64,000 bases of DNA from Phycisphaeraceae bacterium (GTDB lineage: Bacteria; Planctomycetota; Phycisphaerae; Phycisphaerales; Phycisphaeraceae), in the NCBI GenBank assembly GCA_963674705.1, contig OY771506.1, forward strand, positions 4,032,001 through 4,096,000, written 5' to 3'. Below the pieces are notes generated by a model that was not told the origin of the DNA, did no database searches, and saw nothing but the letters and a program-made list of their open reading frames with translations. This document shows, one piece after another, positions 41,030-50,409 of the stretch. How positions within the stretch are numbered: position 1 is the first letter of the stretch; each line of letters starts with the position of its first letter. Both the position numbers and the translations under genes were made by a program.

Positions 41030-41482
41030 ATGCCCGATTACCCGCAAGTCCTGATGAGCACCAGCGAAGGCGATATCAAACTCGAACTCTGGAATGATGT
41101 TGCGCCCGGTCATACCGAAAACTTCCTCAAACTCATTGATGAGGGTTTTTATGACGGATTAAGTTTCCACCGGATAATCCCCGGATTCATGATCCAAGGC
41201 GGCTGCCCGCTAGGTAACGGCACGGGTGGACCCGGCTGGCAGATCAAGGCTGAATTCAACGACCGCGAACACCAGCCCGGCGTGCTTTCCATGGCTCGAA
41301 GCCAGGACCCGGATTCTGCGGGTTCACAGTTTTTCATCTGTCTTACGCGTGAAAACTGTCAGCACCTTGATGGTCAATACACCGCTTTCGGCAAGGTACT
41401 CGAAGGCATGGATGTGGTTAAAAAAATCGGTCAATCCGCCAATGGTCCCGCGCCGGTAATGAAGAAAGTCGCCCGCGCATAA
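41030..41482 (+). CDS. Cyclophilin-type peptidyl-prolyl isomerase
   Basis: FHRIIPGFMIQGG, LSMAR, SAGSQFFI and HLDGQYTAFGKV motifs. Confidence 0.95.
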   Translation: MPDYPQVLMSTSEGDIKLELWNDVAPGHTENFLKLIDEGFYDGLSFHRIIPGFMIQGGCPLGNGTGGPGWQIKAEFNDREHQPGVLSMARSQDPDSAGSQFFICLTRENCQHLDGQYTAFGKVLEGMDVVKKIGQSANGPAPVMKKVARA

Positions 41483-41545
41483 ATCAGGCAATTTGCTTGT
41501 GATCTTTGCGTGCAAAAATACCCTTATCCGACGGCATGATGACTG

Positions 41546-41583
41546 AAAAAACAAACCCCGCTGTCGCCGAAGCGACAACGGGG
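41546..41583 (-). terminator. Strong intrinsic terminator with C(UUCG)G loop
   Basis: Minus strand CCCCGTTGTCGC-TTCG-GCGACAGCGGGG followed by TTTGTTTTTT. Confidence 0.85.
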
Positions 41584-41711
41584 CGGAGGGGAGAAAGCAC
41601 GTTAATAGCTAGATACTCGACCTATAGAGATTCCAGTCTCCACTTTTTTAGTTGAAGAAGTCTCCAACTTCAAGCAGAAACATTACCCAGTTTACCAGAT
41701 TGTGGATAACT

Positions 41712-42680
41712 CTAGTCTTTCTCCAGCCTTTGTTTAGCGAGCAATGCGGCTCCGATAATCCCGGCGTCATCGCCCAACTTACTCGCCACTATCTTACACT
41801 TAGAATGGCCCGGAGGGAAGACGTATTCTTCGTAAACTTCACGAATTAGCGTAATCCAGTCATTTTCCAAGGCCTCCGTGAGCCCACCGCCGACCACCAC
41901 ACAGGGTAAGCTCAGCAGGGTAACCACGTTGGCGATACTGACGCCTAGATAATGGGCCGCCTGTCCGATAACTGAAACTGTCAGTTCATCGCCTTTTTTG
42001 AACGCCTCAGACAGGATTTTTGATCTCACCTTACTCATGTCACCCCCGGTCAGCTCTGTGATCATGCTGCTGTGGTTGGCCTCGATCAACTGCCCGAGCT
42101 GGTTGACGACGTTCCGCCTGCTCGCCAGGTCTTCCAGTGTTCGCTGGCCCAGCGGGGCGTCGCCACGGATGATGGTGTGGCCGATTTCGCCCGCGGTCAT
42201 ATTGACGCCGTGATAAAGATCGCCGTTGATAATTAATCCACCACCGATCCCTGTCCCCACAAAAATACCCAGCATGTCAGTAAAACCTTTGCCTGCTCCG
42301 GCTTTGTACTCACCCCAGGTCCCGACGTTCACATCGTTGTCAACGACTACGGGAATACCCAGTTCTTTCTTAAGTTCACTGGCTAATGGGAAGTCATTCC
42401 AGCGAAGATTCACCGCTTCGATCACAACACCTTGTTCGATGTTGATGGCACCGGGCGCACCAATGCCCAAAGCGGTGATGTCTTTCGTAGTGCATTCCGC
42501 TTTTTCACAAAGTGATTCCACTAATTTAGAGATGCGTTTGATGACGGCATCCTCGCCGCCTTCAGCTTTCGTCTTGACGCGGTCGTTGGCGATGACTTTG
42601 CCATCGCTGTCAACCACACCGCCTTGGATATTCGTGCCCCCAAGATCGATACCGATGTAGGCCTTACCATTCTTGGCCAT
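41712..42680 (-). CDS. ROK-family sugar kinase (glucokinase-like)
   Basis: IGIDLGGT, DNDVN, GTGIGGG, AGEIGH and DAGIIGAA motifs. Confidence 0.92.
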   Translation of the reverse strand: MAKNGKAYIGIDLGGTNIQGGVVDSDGKVIANDRVKTKAEGGEDAVIKRISKLVESLCEKAECTTKDITALGIGAPGAINIEQGVVIEAVNLRWNDFPLASELKKELGIPVVVDNDVNVGTWGEYKAGAGKGFTDMLGIFVGTGIGGGLIINGDLYHGVNMTAGEIGHTIIRGDAPLGQRTLEDLASRRNVVNQLGQLIEANHSSMITELTGGDMSKVRSKILSEAFKKGDELTVSVIGQAAHYLGVSIANVVTLLSLPCVVVGGGLTEALENDWITLIREVYEEYVFPPGHSKCKIVASKLGDDAGIIGAALLAKQRLEKD

Positions 42681-42722
42681 CCTGTGTTTCCTCCATGCAA
42701 TACTTCAGTGGGTGCGTCCTGC

Positions 42723-44180
42723 TTAAAGCGTCGGTCGAGCTTGATAGTACCCTGCGGCCGCCTCATATACACGGGCGACCTTCAGCAATCGCGATTCATC
42801 AAACGCCGCCCCCAATAGTTGAATCCCGACCGGCAGTTGCTTGCCATCGACTTCCGCGAATCCGCCCGGTAGGCTGATGCCGGCGATCCCGGCCAGGTTG
42901 CAGTTCACGGTATAAACGTCGTTGAGATACATCGCCAACGGATCGTCCGTCAGTTCCCCGATCTTGAACGCCGGGGCCGTAGTAGTCGGGCAGAGGATCG
43001 CGTCGCACTGTTTGAACGCAGCATCAAAATCGTTCTTGATCAGCCTGCGTACTTTCAGCGCCCGGTTGTAATACGCATCGTAATACCCGCTGGATAGGGC
43101 GTACGTACCCAGCATAATCCGGCGTTTGACCTCGTCACCAAAACCTTCAGCCCGGCTTCGGCAATATAGATCGATCAAGTCTTCGGCCTTGTCCGTGCGG
43201 TGGCCGTAGTGCACGCCGTCATAACGGGCGAGGTTCGAGGATGCTTCGGCGGTCGCAACGATGTAATACACCGGGATCCCATATTCGGTGTGCGGCAGGC
43301 TGACCTCGACGACCTCAGCTCCCGCGTCCTTGTAGATCTGGATAGCCTTATCCATCGCGGCAGCGACGGCCGGGTCGTTGGAATCAGACAGATATTCCTT
43401 GGCGATCCCGATCCGGATGCGATCGGGCTTTTCATCCACACGGTCCAGGTCGCCCGGCACCTCAACATCAGCCGAAGTTGAATCCAGTGGATCAAGCCCC
43501 GACATAACTTTCAGCAGTAGGGCGGTGTCGCCGACAGTGCGGGAGAACGGCCCAACCTGGTCAAGACTCGACGCAAACGCGACCAGCCCGTGACGTGAGA
43601 TACGGCCATAAGTCGGTTTCATCCCGACGATGCCACAAAGCGCCGCCGGCTGACGGATGGACCCGCCGGTATCGGTGCCGATGGAAGCCGCACAAAGGTC
43701 CGCCGCCATGGCCGCTGCCGATCCACCGCTGGACCCGCCGGGCACACGGTCGGTATCCCATGGGTTCCGAGTCGTGGCAAACGCTGAGTTCTCAGTCGAC
43801 GAGCCCATGGCAAACTCGTCCATGTTCGTCTTGCCGAGAATAACCGCGCCCGCGTCTTCCAGCTTCTGTACGGCCGTTGCCATGTAGGGGGCCTGGAAGT
43901 TCTGAAGCATCCTGGAAGAGCAGGTCGTGTGGCCGTAGCTCGTGCAAAGCAGGTCCTTGATCGCGATCGGTACGCCAGCCAGCGCCCCGGTCGCCTTACC
44001 GGCATCCACTGCCGCAGCCTGCTGCATCGCACGCTCAGAGTACACTTCGTGATAAACGTGCAAACGCTCGTTATGAACCTTGATCCGGTCCAGGTAGGCC
44101 TTAGTCGCCTCAACCGAAGAGACCTGCTTACTCGCGATCGCGTCACGCAGTTCAACTAATGTGGTGTCGGTCGGATTCAT
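42723..44180 (-). CDS. gatA: Asp/Glu-tRNA amidotransferase subunit A
   Basis: GKTNMDEFAMGSS, PGGSSGGS, GTDTGGSIRQP and RRIMLGTYALS motifs. Confidence 0.97.
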   Translation of the reverse strand: MNPTDTTLVELRDAIASKQVSSVEATKAYLDRIKVHNERLHVYHEVYSERAMQQAAAVDAGKATGALAGVPIAIKDLLCTSYGHTTCSSRMLQNFQAPYMATAVQKLEDAGAVILGKTNMDEFAMGSSTENSAFATTRNPWDTDRVPGGSSGGSAAAMAADLCAASIGTDTGGSIRQPAALCGIVGMKPTYGRISRHGLVAFASSLDQVGPFSRTVGDTALLLKVMSGLDPLDSTSADVEVPGDLDRVDEKPDRIRIGIAKEYLSDSNDPAVAAAMDKAIQIYKDAGAEVVEVSLPHTEYGIPVYYIVATAEASSNLARYDGVHYGHRTDKAEDLIDLYCRSRAEGFGDEVKRRIMLGTYALSSGYYDAYYNRALKVRRLIKNDFDAAFKQCDAILCPTTTAPAFKIGELTDDPLAMYLNDVYTVNCNLAGIAGISLPGGFAEVDGKQLPVGIQLLGAAFDESRLLKVARVYEAAAGYYQARPTL

Positions 44181-44491
44181 GCGCTCGGCCCATCCCCCAG
44201 TACTTTCGGTACCTTGAAAAACGGTGGTGTCTTGGCCGGGGCATTCGCCAGGGCGGTATCCGTGTCTATACCCGGTTGCTCCACGTCGGGCCGCAGCACG
44301 TTCGCCAACTCCAGCGGATGGGCCATCGGCTCCACCCCGTCCACATCCAACTCGTTGAGCTTGCCGATATACCCCAGCACGGCCGCGAGCTGCTCGGTGA
44401 AGTGATGCACTTCCTCGTCACTCAGATGCAGCCGACTGAGCTTCGCTACATGCCGGACATCGTCCTCGGTAATAGTTTTGGTTTCAGACAT
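44177..44491 (-). CDS. gatC: Asp/Glu-tRNA amidotransferase subunit C
   Basis: VRHVAKLSRL, LANAP and FFKVPKV motifs; 4-nt overlap with gatA. Start reassigned to MSETK. Confidence 0.93.
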   Translation of the reverse strand: MSETKTITEDDVRHVAKLSRLHLSDEEVHHFTEQLAAVLGYIGKLNELDVDGVEPMAHPLELANVLRPDVEQPGIDTDTALANAPAKTPPFFKVPKVLGDGPSA

Positions 44492-44510
44492 GCAGTGATG
44501 ATAGCAAAGA

Positions 44511-44629
44511 GGGTGTAAGGTGTGGGGTTGGGGGGGCAGGGTGTGGGGTGTGAAAGCAAAAGTCATGACCGAGTGTGGCCCTCTGGCTAAATCCCATACC
44601 CTAGACCTTGCACCCCAGACCCTATACCC
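44511..44629. repeat. Inverted pair of tandem heptamer arrays (6 G-rich and 6 C-rich units)
   Basis: gggtgta aggtgtg gggttgg gggggca gggtgtg gggtgtg, then a 35-nt spacer, then taaatcc cataccc tagacct tgcaccc cagaccc tataccc. Confidence 0.85.
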
Positions 44630-44636
44630 TACCCAC

Positions 44637-44996
44637 ATGCCTGACACCAAACTGCTCGAATGCTTCGACAACCCCAGCCCCGGCCGCGACTACGTGATCG
44701 AACACGTGGCCGAGGAATTCACCAGCGTCTGCCCCAAGACCGGGCACCCGGACTTCGGTACCGTGATCCTCCGCTACGTCCCGGACAAACTCTGCGTGGA
44801 GCTTAAGAGCCTCAAACTCTACTACCAGGCCTACCGCAACGAAGGCATCTTCTACGAGGCCGTTACCAACAAGATCGCCGACGACCTGGCGGAACTGATG
44901 AATCCCAAATGGATGCTCCTTCGCACCGACTGGACCGGCAGAGGCGGGATTCATTCATCGATCGAGGTAGAGTTAGGACAAACTCCGGACGAGTGA
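44637..44996 (+). CDS. queF: NADPH-dependent preQ0 reductase QueF (short, type I)
   Basis: EFTSVCPKTGHPDF, VELKSLKLY, FYE and RGGI motifs. Confidence 0.93.
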   Translation: MPDTKLLECFDNPSPGRDYVIEHVAEEFTSVCPKTGHPDFGTVILRYVPDKLCVELKSLKLYYQAYRNEGIFYEAVTNKIADDLAELMNPKWMLLRTDWTGRGGIHSSIEVELGQTPDE

Positions 44997-45027
44997 ATAT
45001 CTGTAACATCACAATAGGGGCCAAATA

Positions 45028-45351
45028 ATGTGGGAGTTCTTCAATCATCCGATCGTCGACACCAACTCCCCCTGGCTGACCACCTACCGTAGTATCTATA
45101 TCCCATTCAACCTCATCGAAGCGGCTTTCTGGTTCGCGATTGGTTTGTACGTACTTATCCGATACTTACGGCACCGCAAGACCTGGTACGAGTTGCAATA
45201 CTCGCTGTCCTTCTCTTTGTTTGGAATCACGGACCTCATCGAAACACACAGCACAACACTCTGGCTGCTTGGCTTCAAAGCCGCATGCCTGTTAGCGATC
45301 CTGCAAGGGCGCAAACTCGTGCTCGGTTTCTATCCCGACGCTAAGCTGTGA
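45028..45351 (+). CDS. Small hypothetical membrane protein
   Basis: About 3 TM segments; FNLIEA and FGITDLIE. Confidence 0.6.
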   Translation: MWEFFNHPIVDTNSPWLTTYRSIYIPFNLIEAAFWFAIGLYVLIRYLRHRKTWYELQYSLSFSLFGITDLIETHSTTLWLLGFKAACLLAILQGRKLVLGFYPDAKL

Positions 45352-45362
45352 GTAGGTCAGGC

Positions 45363-47165
45363 TCACCTTCTGTGACGCAACACGCCGGCCAATCCACCTA
45401 GCGTCAGTATGGCTACCGTACCCGGCTCAGGGATGACGGTATCAGTTGGAGGCGTGCCTGCATTCCAGTTATTCAGGACCACATCCAGGTCGTCCAGGCC
45501 GATGTAGCCGTCGCCGTTGGCATCACCAGCGGTCAGATCGCCGGGCGTTACGTTGGTGTTCCAGTTGTTGAGGATGATGTCCAGGTCGTCCAGGCCGACA
45601 AATCCGTCGCCATTGAGATCGCCGTCAAGGATCGATAGGCCTGAATCCCAGTAGATATCATCGAGCGCGAAGTCGATGTAGGCTCCGTGTTCTTCCAGAA
45701 TCACAAACGAGTAGCTGAGCATCCGCAGATCGATCGCGGTGCCGCGGATGTCGCTGACAGGGATCGAGGCCTGGCCCCACTGCCCGTTACGCTCAAGCCC
45801 GTAAGTTGTCTGATAGGCGGGGAATTCGACGTATTGCTGATTGCCCCAGGCGTCGATGATGCCGATCTTGAACGTTACGTTGGCCGGTATATTGATGCTG
45901 AAGTTGAGGAACCCGTCACCGAAGTCAAACAGGTTCAATGGCTGATCCGACATGATGCCCGCACCGAACCAACCGGCGCCGGCCGAGTGCCAGGACAGGA
46001 CGTTGTCGCCTTCCAGAGGTGCGATCGAACTCTCAGTCAAGGTTCCCTCCCACACGAAAATCCTGGAGTCAACGTCGGGTGTCAGTTCCCCGTTGACCGG
46101 TGTGTTGTCGGTGTAGAGACCGAACTTGCCGTTTTGAGCGACCGGCGGGCCGATATGCACATCGCCCTGACCGTTCCATTCGTATACGCGGATGTAGTCA
46201 ACGAACATCTCCGCATTAAACGGCATGGAAACCGGTGCGCCGGTGCCGGGGTCGCCGAGGTTGTAGGCATCGGTAAACGCTCCGCCGATAGCCATGTTGG
46301 CGATCAGGTAGAAGGGGTGGCGAAACTCATCCGAATCATCATCGATCATGAAGGGTGCAGCGTACAGATCGTGCTCGATACCGTTATCGACCACCGTCAT
46401 GCGCAGGCTACTTTCATCCCAGTACAACCGATAGGTCAGGAAACGATCGGTCAATCCGGAGTAGTTGTAATAAGGCCTGACATAATCATCGTCCGGGTCC
46501 CATGAAAGGCTGGCTGCGCCGCTTGGATTTTCAGGCGTAACAGCATCCGCGGAATAAAAAATCGCGTTCGCACCGACGACCTGGTTAACGGTCGAGTTAT
46601 TCAAACCGTTACCGCCGTTATGCTCATCGTGCAGGTCGCGGAAAGCCTGCTGAGAGCCCAGTTCCATCATGTCGATCTCGCCCTTGTAAGGCCAGTTCCA
46701 GTTGGACGTACCCAAAAGCCAGACCGCGGGCCAGCCGCCCAGATCGATGTCGGGCACTCTAACCCGGGTTTCGATCATGCCGTACTGAACCGATACTTTT
46801 GACTTGGAGACGACCTTGCCCGAGGTATAGTTCAGCGGGTTGCCCCATTGATCGACAATGCCCGGACCGCTCTGCTGCTTTGCGGTGATGCGAAGGGCGG
46901 TATTGCCTGATTCGCCCGGGACCGCCGCGATGTCAACGTTGTCCTCGGAGTAGTACTGAAGTTCGCCGTTGCCCCAACCCCAACTGCCGTTGCCGGTTTC
47001 CACGATCCAGTTATCCAGATTGCTGAAGTTTTCTTCCCAGAGCAGGGCACCCACTTGAGCGTGGACAACACTACCTGAAAGTAGCAATGCGGCTGACGTT
47101 GTGATTGCCACCCGTGCCACATTTTGCTTCAAACCGACCGTCTGGCGAGACCTGACTGACTTCAT
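45363..47165 (-). CDS. GH16 glycoside hydrolase with putative carbohydrate-binding domain, dockerin-like repeat and PEP-CTERM
   Basis: WGNGELQYY, WPAVWLLG, catalytic EIDMME, GDLNGDGFVGLDDLD repeats and IPEP tail. Confidence 0.92.
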   Translation of the reverse strand: MKSVRSRQTVGLKQNVARVAITTSAALLLSGSVVHAQVGALLWEENFSNLDNWIVETGNGSWGWGNGELQYYSEDNVDIAAVPGESGNTALRITAKQQSGPGIVDQWGNPLNYTSGKVVSKSKVSVQYGMIETRVRVPDIDLGGWPAVWLLGTSNWNWPYKGEIDMMELGSQQAFRDLHDEHNGGNGLNNSTVNQVVGANAIFYSADAVTPENPSGAASLSWDPDDDYVRPYYNYSGLTDRFLTYRLYWDESSLRMTVVDNGIEHDLYAAPFMIDDDSDEFRHPFYLIANMAIGGAFTDAYNLGDPGTGAPVSMPFNAEMFVDYIRVYEWNGQGDVHIGPPVAQNGKFGLYTDNTPVNGELTPDVDSRIFVWEGTLTESSIAPLEGDNVLSWHSAGAGWFGAGIMSDQPLNLFDFGDGFLNFSINIPANVTFKIGIIDAWGNQQYVEFPAYQTTYGLERNGQWGQASIPVSDIRGTAIDLRMLSYSFVILEEHGAYIDFALDDIYWDSGLSILDGDLNGDGFVGLDDLDIILNNWNTNVTPGDLTAGDANGDGYIGLDDLDVVLNNWNAGTPPTDTVIPEPGTVAILTLGGLAGVLRHRR

Positions 47166-47422
47166 GGGCCGTTTCCTCCAAGGTTAAAAACCGCGCATAC
47201 GTAATCTCATACATAAGAGCTTCTGCTGTTATGGTGATTGCGAATATAACACGTACAAGTTTGGGAATACAGGGCAATATCACATGTAACAACAGTTTCA
47301 AACAACACTTGCGAGTAAAGCTGTTACATGAACTAATGGAACCGGTTTTAGGATCAATAAAGCCGACTTTGTCCGACTGATCGGTCATTCGTCGTCGTTC
47401 ATCCCAATGATACGCTGGTGGT

Positions 47423-47995
47423 TCACCCGACCTGTTTTTGGCGGAAGCAACCTGCCTCGTGGTCGTTGACCATGCCCACGGCTTGCATGAAGGCGTAGCA
47501 GATCGTCGTGCCGACAAACTTGAAGCCCCGCTTTTTCAGGTCCTTGCTCATCGCGTCGGATTCAGGTGTACTGGCTGGAATCTCTTTCAGCGACTTGTAT
47601 CGGTTCTGTTTTGGCTTGCCACCGACAAACTGCCAGATGTAGGCACCGAAGCTGCCGAACTCATCCTGTACTTCAAGAAAAGCCTTGGCGTTCTGGATCG
47701 ACGCAGCAACTTTCAAGCGGTTGCGAACGATGCCCGGGTCGGCCAGTAGTTGCTCCACTTTCTTGTCCGTGTACCGCGCGATCTTCCGGGGGTCGAAGCC
47801 GTCGTATACCCTCCGGTAGTGAACTCGCTTCTTCAGGATCGTTTCCCAACTCAATCCAGCTTGAGCACCTTCGAGGATCAAAAATTCAAACAGCAGTCGA
47901 TCATCATGGACCGCAACCCCCCATTCGGTGTCGTGATATTCCTGCAGACTCTCTTTAGCAGCCCACTTACAGCGTTGTATTGATGATTCTGTCAT
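47423..47995 (-). CDS. tag: DNA-3-methyladenine glycosylase I
   Basis: [35 protein letters not shown] and GMVNDH motifs. Start reassigned to MTESS. Confidence 0.95.
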   Translation of the reverse strand: MTESSIQRCKWAAKESLQEYHDTEWGVAVHDDRLLFEFLILEGAQAGLSWETILKKRVHYRRVYDGFDPRKIARYTDKKVEQLLADPGIVRNRLKVAASIQNAKAFLEVQDEFGSFGAYIWQFVGGKPKQNRYKSLKEIPASTPESDAMSKDLKKRGFKFVGTTICYAFMQAVGMVNDHEAGCFRQKQVG

Positions 47996-48037
47996 TGTTT
48001 TGTGGCCTGTCCGTGTGGTCGCTATCCTACCCGAACC

Positions 48038-48943
48038 ATGAGCATACTCGTTGATAAAAACACGAAACTGATCTGCCAAGGCATCACCGGTTCGGCTGGT
48101 GCTTTTCACACCAAAGGGTGTCTTGATTACGGCACGAAAGTGGTAGGCGGCGTCACACCCGGCAAGGGCGGTCAGAAAGACGACAACGGCCTGCCGATCT
48201 TCAATACCGTCATCGAAGCGGTAAAAGCAACCGGCGCGGATGCAACGATGATCTTTGTCCCGCCGCCGTTCGCTGCCGATGCGATCCTTGAAGCAGCGGA
48301 CGCGGGGATCAAGATGATCGTCTGCATCACCGAAGGCGTCCCCGTTCAGGACATGATGCGCGTCAAGAAAACGCTGGCCCATGATAAATTCGACGGCATT
48401 CGCCTGATTGGGCCCAACTGCCCAGGCATCATCACGCCGGATGAGTGCAAAATCGGCATCATGCCCGGCTACATCCACGTCCCGGCAAGCAAGTCCAAGA
48501 CCGGCAAGAGCGTCGGGATCATCAGCCGATCCGGCACGCTGACCTACGAAGCCGTCTGGCAGGCGGCGAACCACGGACTCGGCCAGACCACTTGCATCGG
48601 CATCGGCGGCGATCCTGTCCGCGGGATGGACTTCATCGACTGCCTGGCACTTTTCAATGCCGATGATGAAACCGACGGCATCATCCTGATCGGTGAAATC
48701 GGCGGCAGCGACGAGGAAAAAGCGGCCGCGTACATCAAGGCGAACGTCAAGAAACCGGTCGCCGCATTTATCGCGGGACGCACCGCGCCGCCCGGCCGAC
48801 GCATGGGCCACGCCGGCGCGATCATCTCCGGCGGCGAAGGCGGTGCCGAATCCAAGATCGACGCCCTGCGCAGCGCAGGCTGTCATATCGCCGACTCCCC
48901 GGCCGACCTCGGCAGCACGATTGCCCAGGCCCTGAACGTCTGA
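48038..48943 (+). CDS. sucD: Succinyl-CoA synthetase alpha subunit
   Basis: [26 protein letters not shown] and RMGHAGA motifs. Confidence 0.97.
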   Translation: MSILVDKNTKLICQGITGSAGAFHTKGCLDYGTKVVGGVTPGKGGQKDDNGLPIFNTVIEAVKATGADATMIFVPPPFAADAILEAADAGIKMIVCITEGVPVQDMMRVKKTLAHDKFDGIRLIGPNCPGIITPDECKIGIMPGYIHVPASKSKTGKSVGIISRSGTLTYEAVWQAANHGLGQTTCIGIGGDPVRGMDFIDCLALFNADDETDGIILIGEIGGSDEEKAAAYIKANVKKPVAAFIAGRTAPPGRRMGHAGAIISGGEGGAESKIDALRSAGCHIADSPADLGSTIAQALNV

Positions 48944-48982
48944 TCTTGTAGCCTGCTGCAAGACAAGCCATACTTCCGCTCT

Positions 48983-49393
48983 ATGGCAATCCGTTACACC
49001 AGTTCGTTGGATGGCATTACCCCCGATCAACTTCAGGGGTTTTTCGTGGGCTGGAAAAATCCTCTCACGCCAGAGGATCATCTTACGATGCTCCATGGAA
49101 GCAGCATGGTTGAACTGGCGATCGATACCGAAACCGGCAATGTTGTAGGCTTCATCAACGTTTTAACCGACGGGCAGCAGGCCGGGTTTATCCCTTGCCT
49201 GGAGGTCTTGCCGGCCCATCAAGGGCAGGGCATCGGCACACAACTGCTGCGACGAATTCTTACGCGTATGGAGCACCTTCAAGCCATCGATCTCGTCTGT
49301 GATCCGCCCTTGAAGTCGTTTTACGAAAAGTTTGATATGCGTGCAGGCACCTGCATGATGCTGCGCCGAACATGGATGTCTGACCACTCATGA
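48983..49393 (+). CDS. GNAT acetyltransferase
   Basis: LEVLPAHQGQGIG and FYEK motifs. Confidence 0.88.
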   Translation: MAIRYTSSLDGITPDQLQGFFVGWKNPLTPEDHLTMLHGSSMVELAIDTETGNVVGFINVLTDGQQAGFIPCLEVLPAHQGQGIGTQLLRRILTRMEHLQAIDLVCDPPLKSFYEKFDMRAGTCMMLRRTWMSDHS

Positions 49394-49950
49394 GTAATGA
49401 CATCTCTCATCTTCAAGCACTATTAAGTGATCGCGACTGTGCGTGTCCACATTGCGGTTACAACCTGCGCGGATTGTCTGCGGATCACTGCCCGGAATGC
49501 GGCAAAACAATCGACATCTCCGCGATCTTCAAACGACGGGAACGGCTGGACTACGCATGGCTGATCATGCTGTCGTCATTCGTTGCGGCTCTGCCGTGGA
49601 GCGTATTCTTTGTCTGGCAGCGCCTGTTTATCCGCGGCAAGATCCACTACGGCGACGATTGGAATCCCACGATCCAGGACTACGGCCGGGGCCTGTTGGA
49701 TCGGCCGTTCGGCGAGGGATTGATGATGCTTGCATCCTCGATCTGGTGGTTGAGTGTGCCTTTTGTCTATGTGACGTTGGTTGTTTTTCGACGCAAGATC
49801 GCACGCTGGCCTCGAATCGTGCGATGGCTGTTGGCTGTCGCGTGCCTCGTGATGGTGCTTCTGGCGTATCGCCGCTGGCAGTGGTGGTACTACCACTACG
49901 GTTTCAACGGTTCGCGATACCCGGATTGGCCCTGGTGGTATATTGGCTGA
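49390..49950 (+). CDS. Zinc-ribbon membrane protein
   Basis: CPHCGYNLRGLSADHCPECG followed by 3 TM helices; ATGA overlap with the GNAT gene. Confidence 0.75.
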   Translation: MSNDISHLQALLSDRDCACPHCGYNLRGLSADHCPECGKTIDISAIFKRRERLDYAWLIMLSSFVAALPWSVFFVWQRLFIRGKIHYGDDWNPTIQDYGRGLLDRPFGEGLMMLASSIWWLSVPFVYVTLVVFRRKIARWPRIVRWLLAVACLVMVLLAYRRWQWWYYHYGFNGSRYPDWPWWYIG

Positions 49951-50394
49951 TTAAATGTATTTTTCGATATTCAAACGAAACACCACTTCATCAATACCAC
50001 CCTCATTGACCCCCCGGACACAACCGCTATCCACAAAGCCTAAGTGTCTATGCCACGCCTGCGGTTCAGGCTCATTGGCTTGGGATGAACTGAAAAGCTG
50101 CTGATGCCCATGGTCTCGTAAATACAAACACAAATACCGCAAGAGCTGCCTGGACAATCCATGCTTGCGATAATCGGGCAGAATCCGGATCAAACCCATG
50201 TATGGCAGAGTCGTCCAGATATATTCAAGTCGGATCAATCCCACGATCTGACAATCCATCTCGGTAATGATGTACTGCTGCTGAGCGATCAGCCGCTCAA
50301 CCTTCTGTTTATCCACAGCGTGGTCAAGTTCGCATAGCTGCGGTATATCCCCCGGCTGTGCAAATCTCACAAGCGGTTGTCTGGTTGCGTCCAT
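49951..50394 (-). CDS. GNAT acetyltransferase
   Basis: IRILPDYRKHGLSRQLL and WHRHLGF motifs. Confidence 0.8.
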   Translation of the reverse strand: MDATRQPLVRFAQPGDIPQLCELDHAVDKQKVERLIAQQQYIITEMDCQIVGLIRLEYIWTTLPYMGLIRILPDYRKHGLSRQLLRYLCLYLRDHGHQQLFSSSQANEPEPQAWHRHLGFVDSGCVRGVNEGGIDEVVFRLNIEKYI

Positions 50395-50409
50395 TGTTGC
50401 TGCGTCGAG

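Noticed and set aside
41701..41709. Perfect DnaA box (TTATCCACA on the minus strand)
   Set aside because: It is a single box with no cluster or dnaA nearby; another copy lies inside a CDS near 50269. Not enough to call oriC.
44505..44636. preQ1 riboswitch upstream of queF
   Set aside because: The AGAGGG/CCCTCT pair is too far apart, the A-rich tail and loop consensus are absent, and the gene looks leaderless.
47996..49096. 557-aa ORF suggesting a long N-terminal extension of Tag
   Set aside because: The extension is the stop-free antisense shadow of sucD; Tag homology begins at Met 47995.
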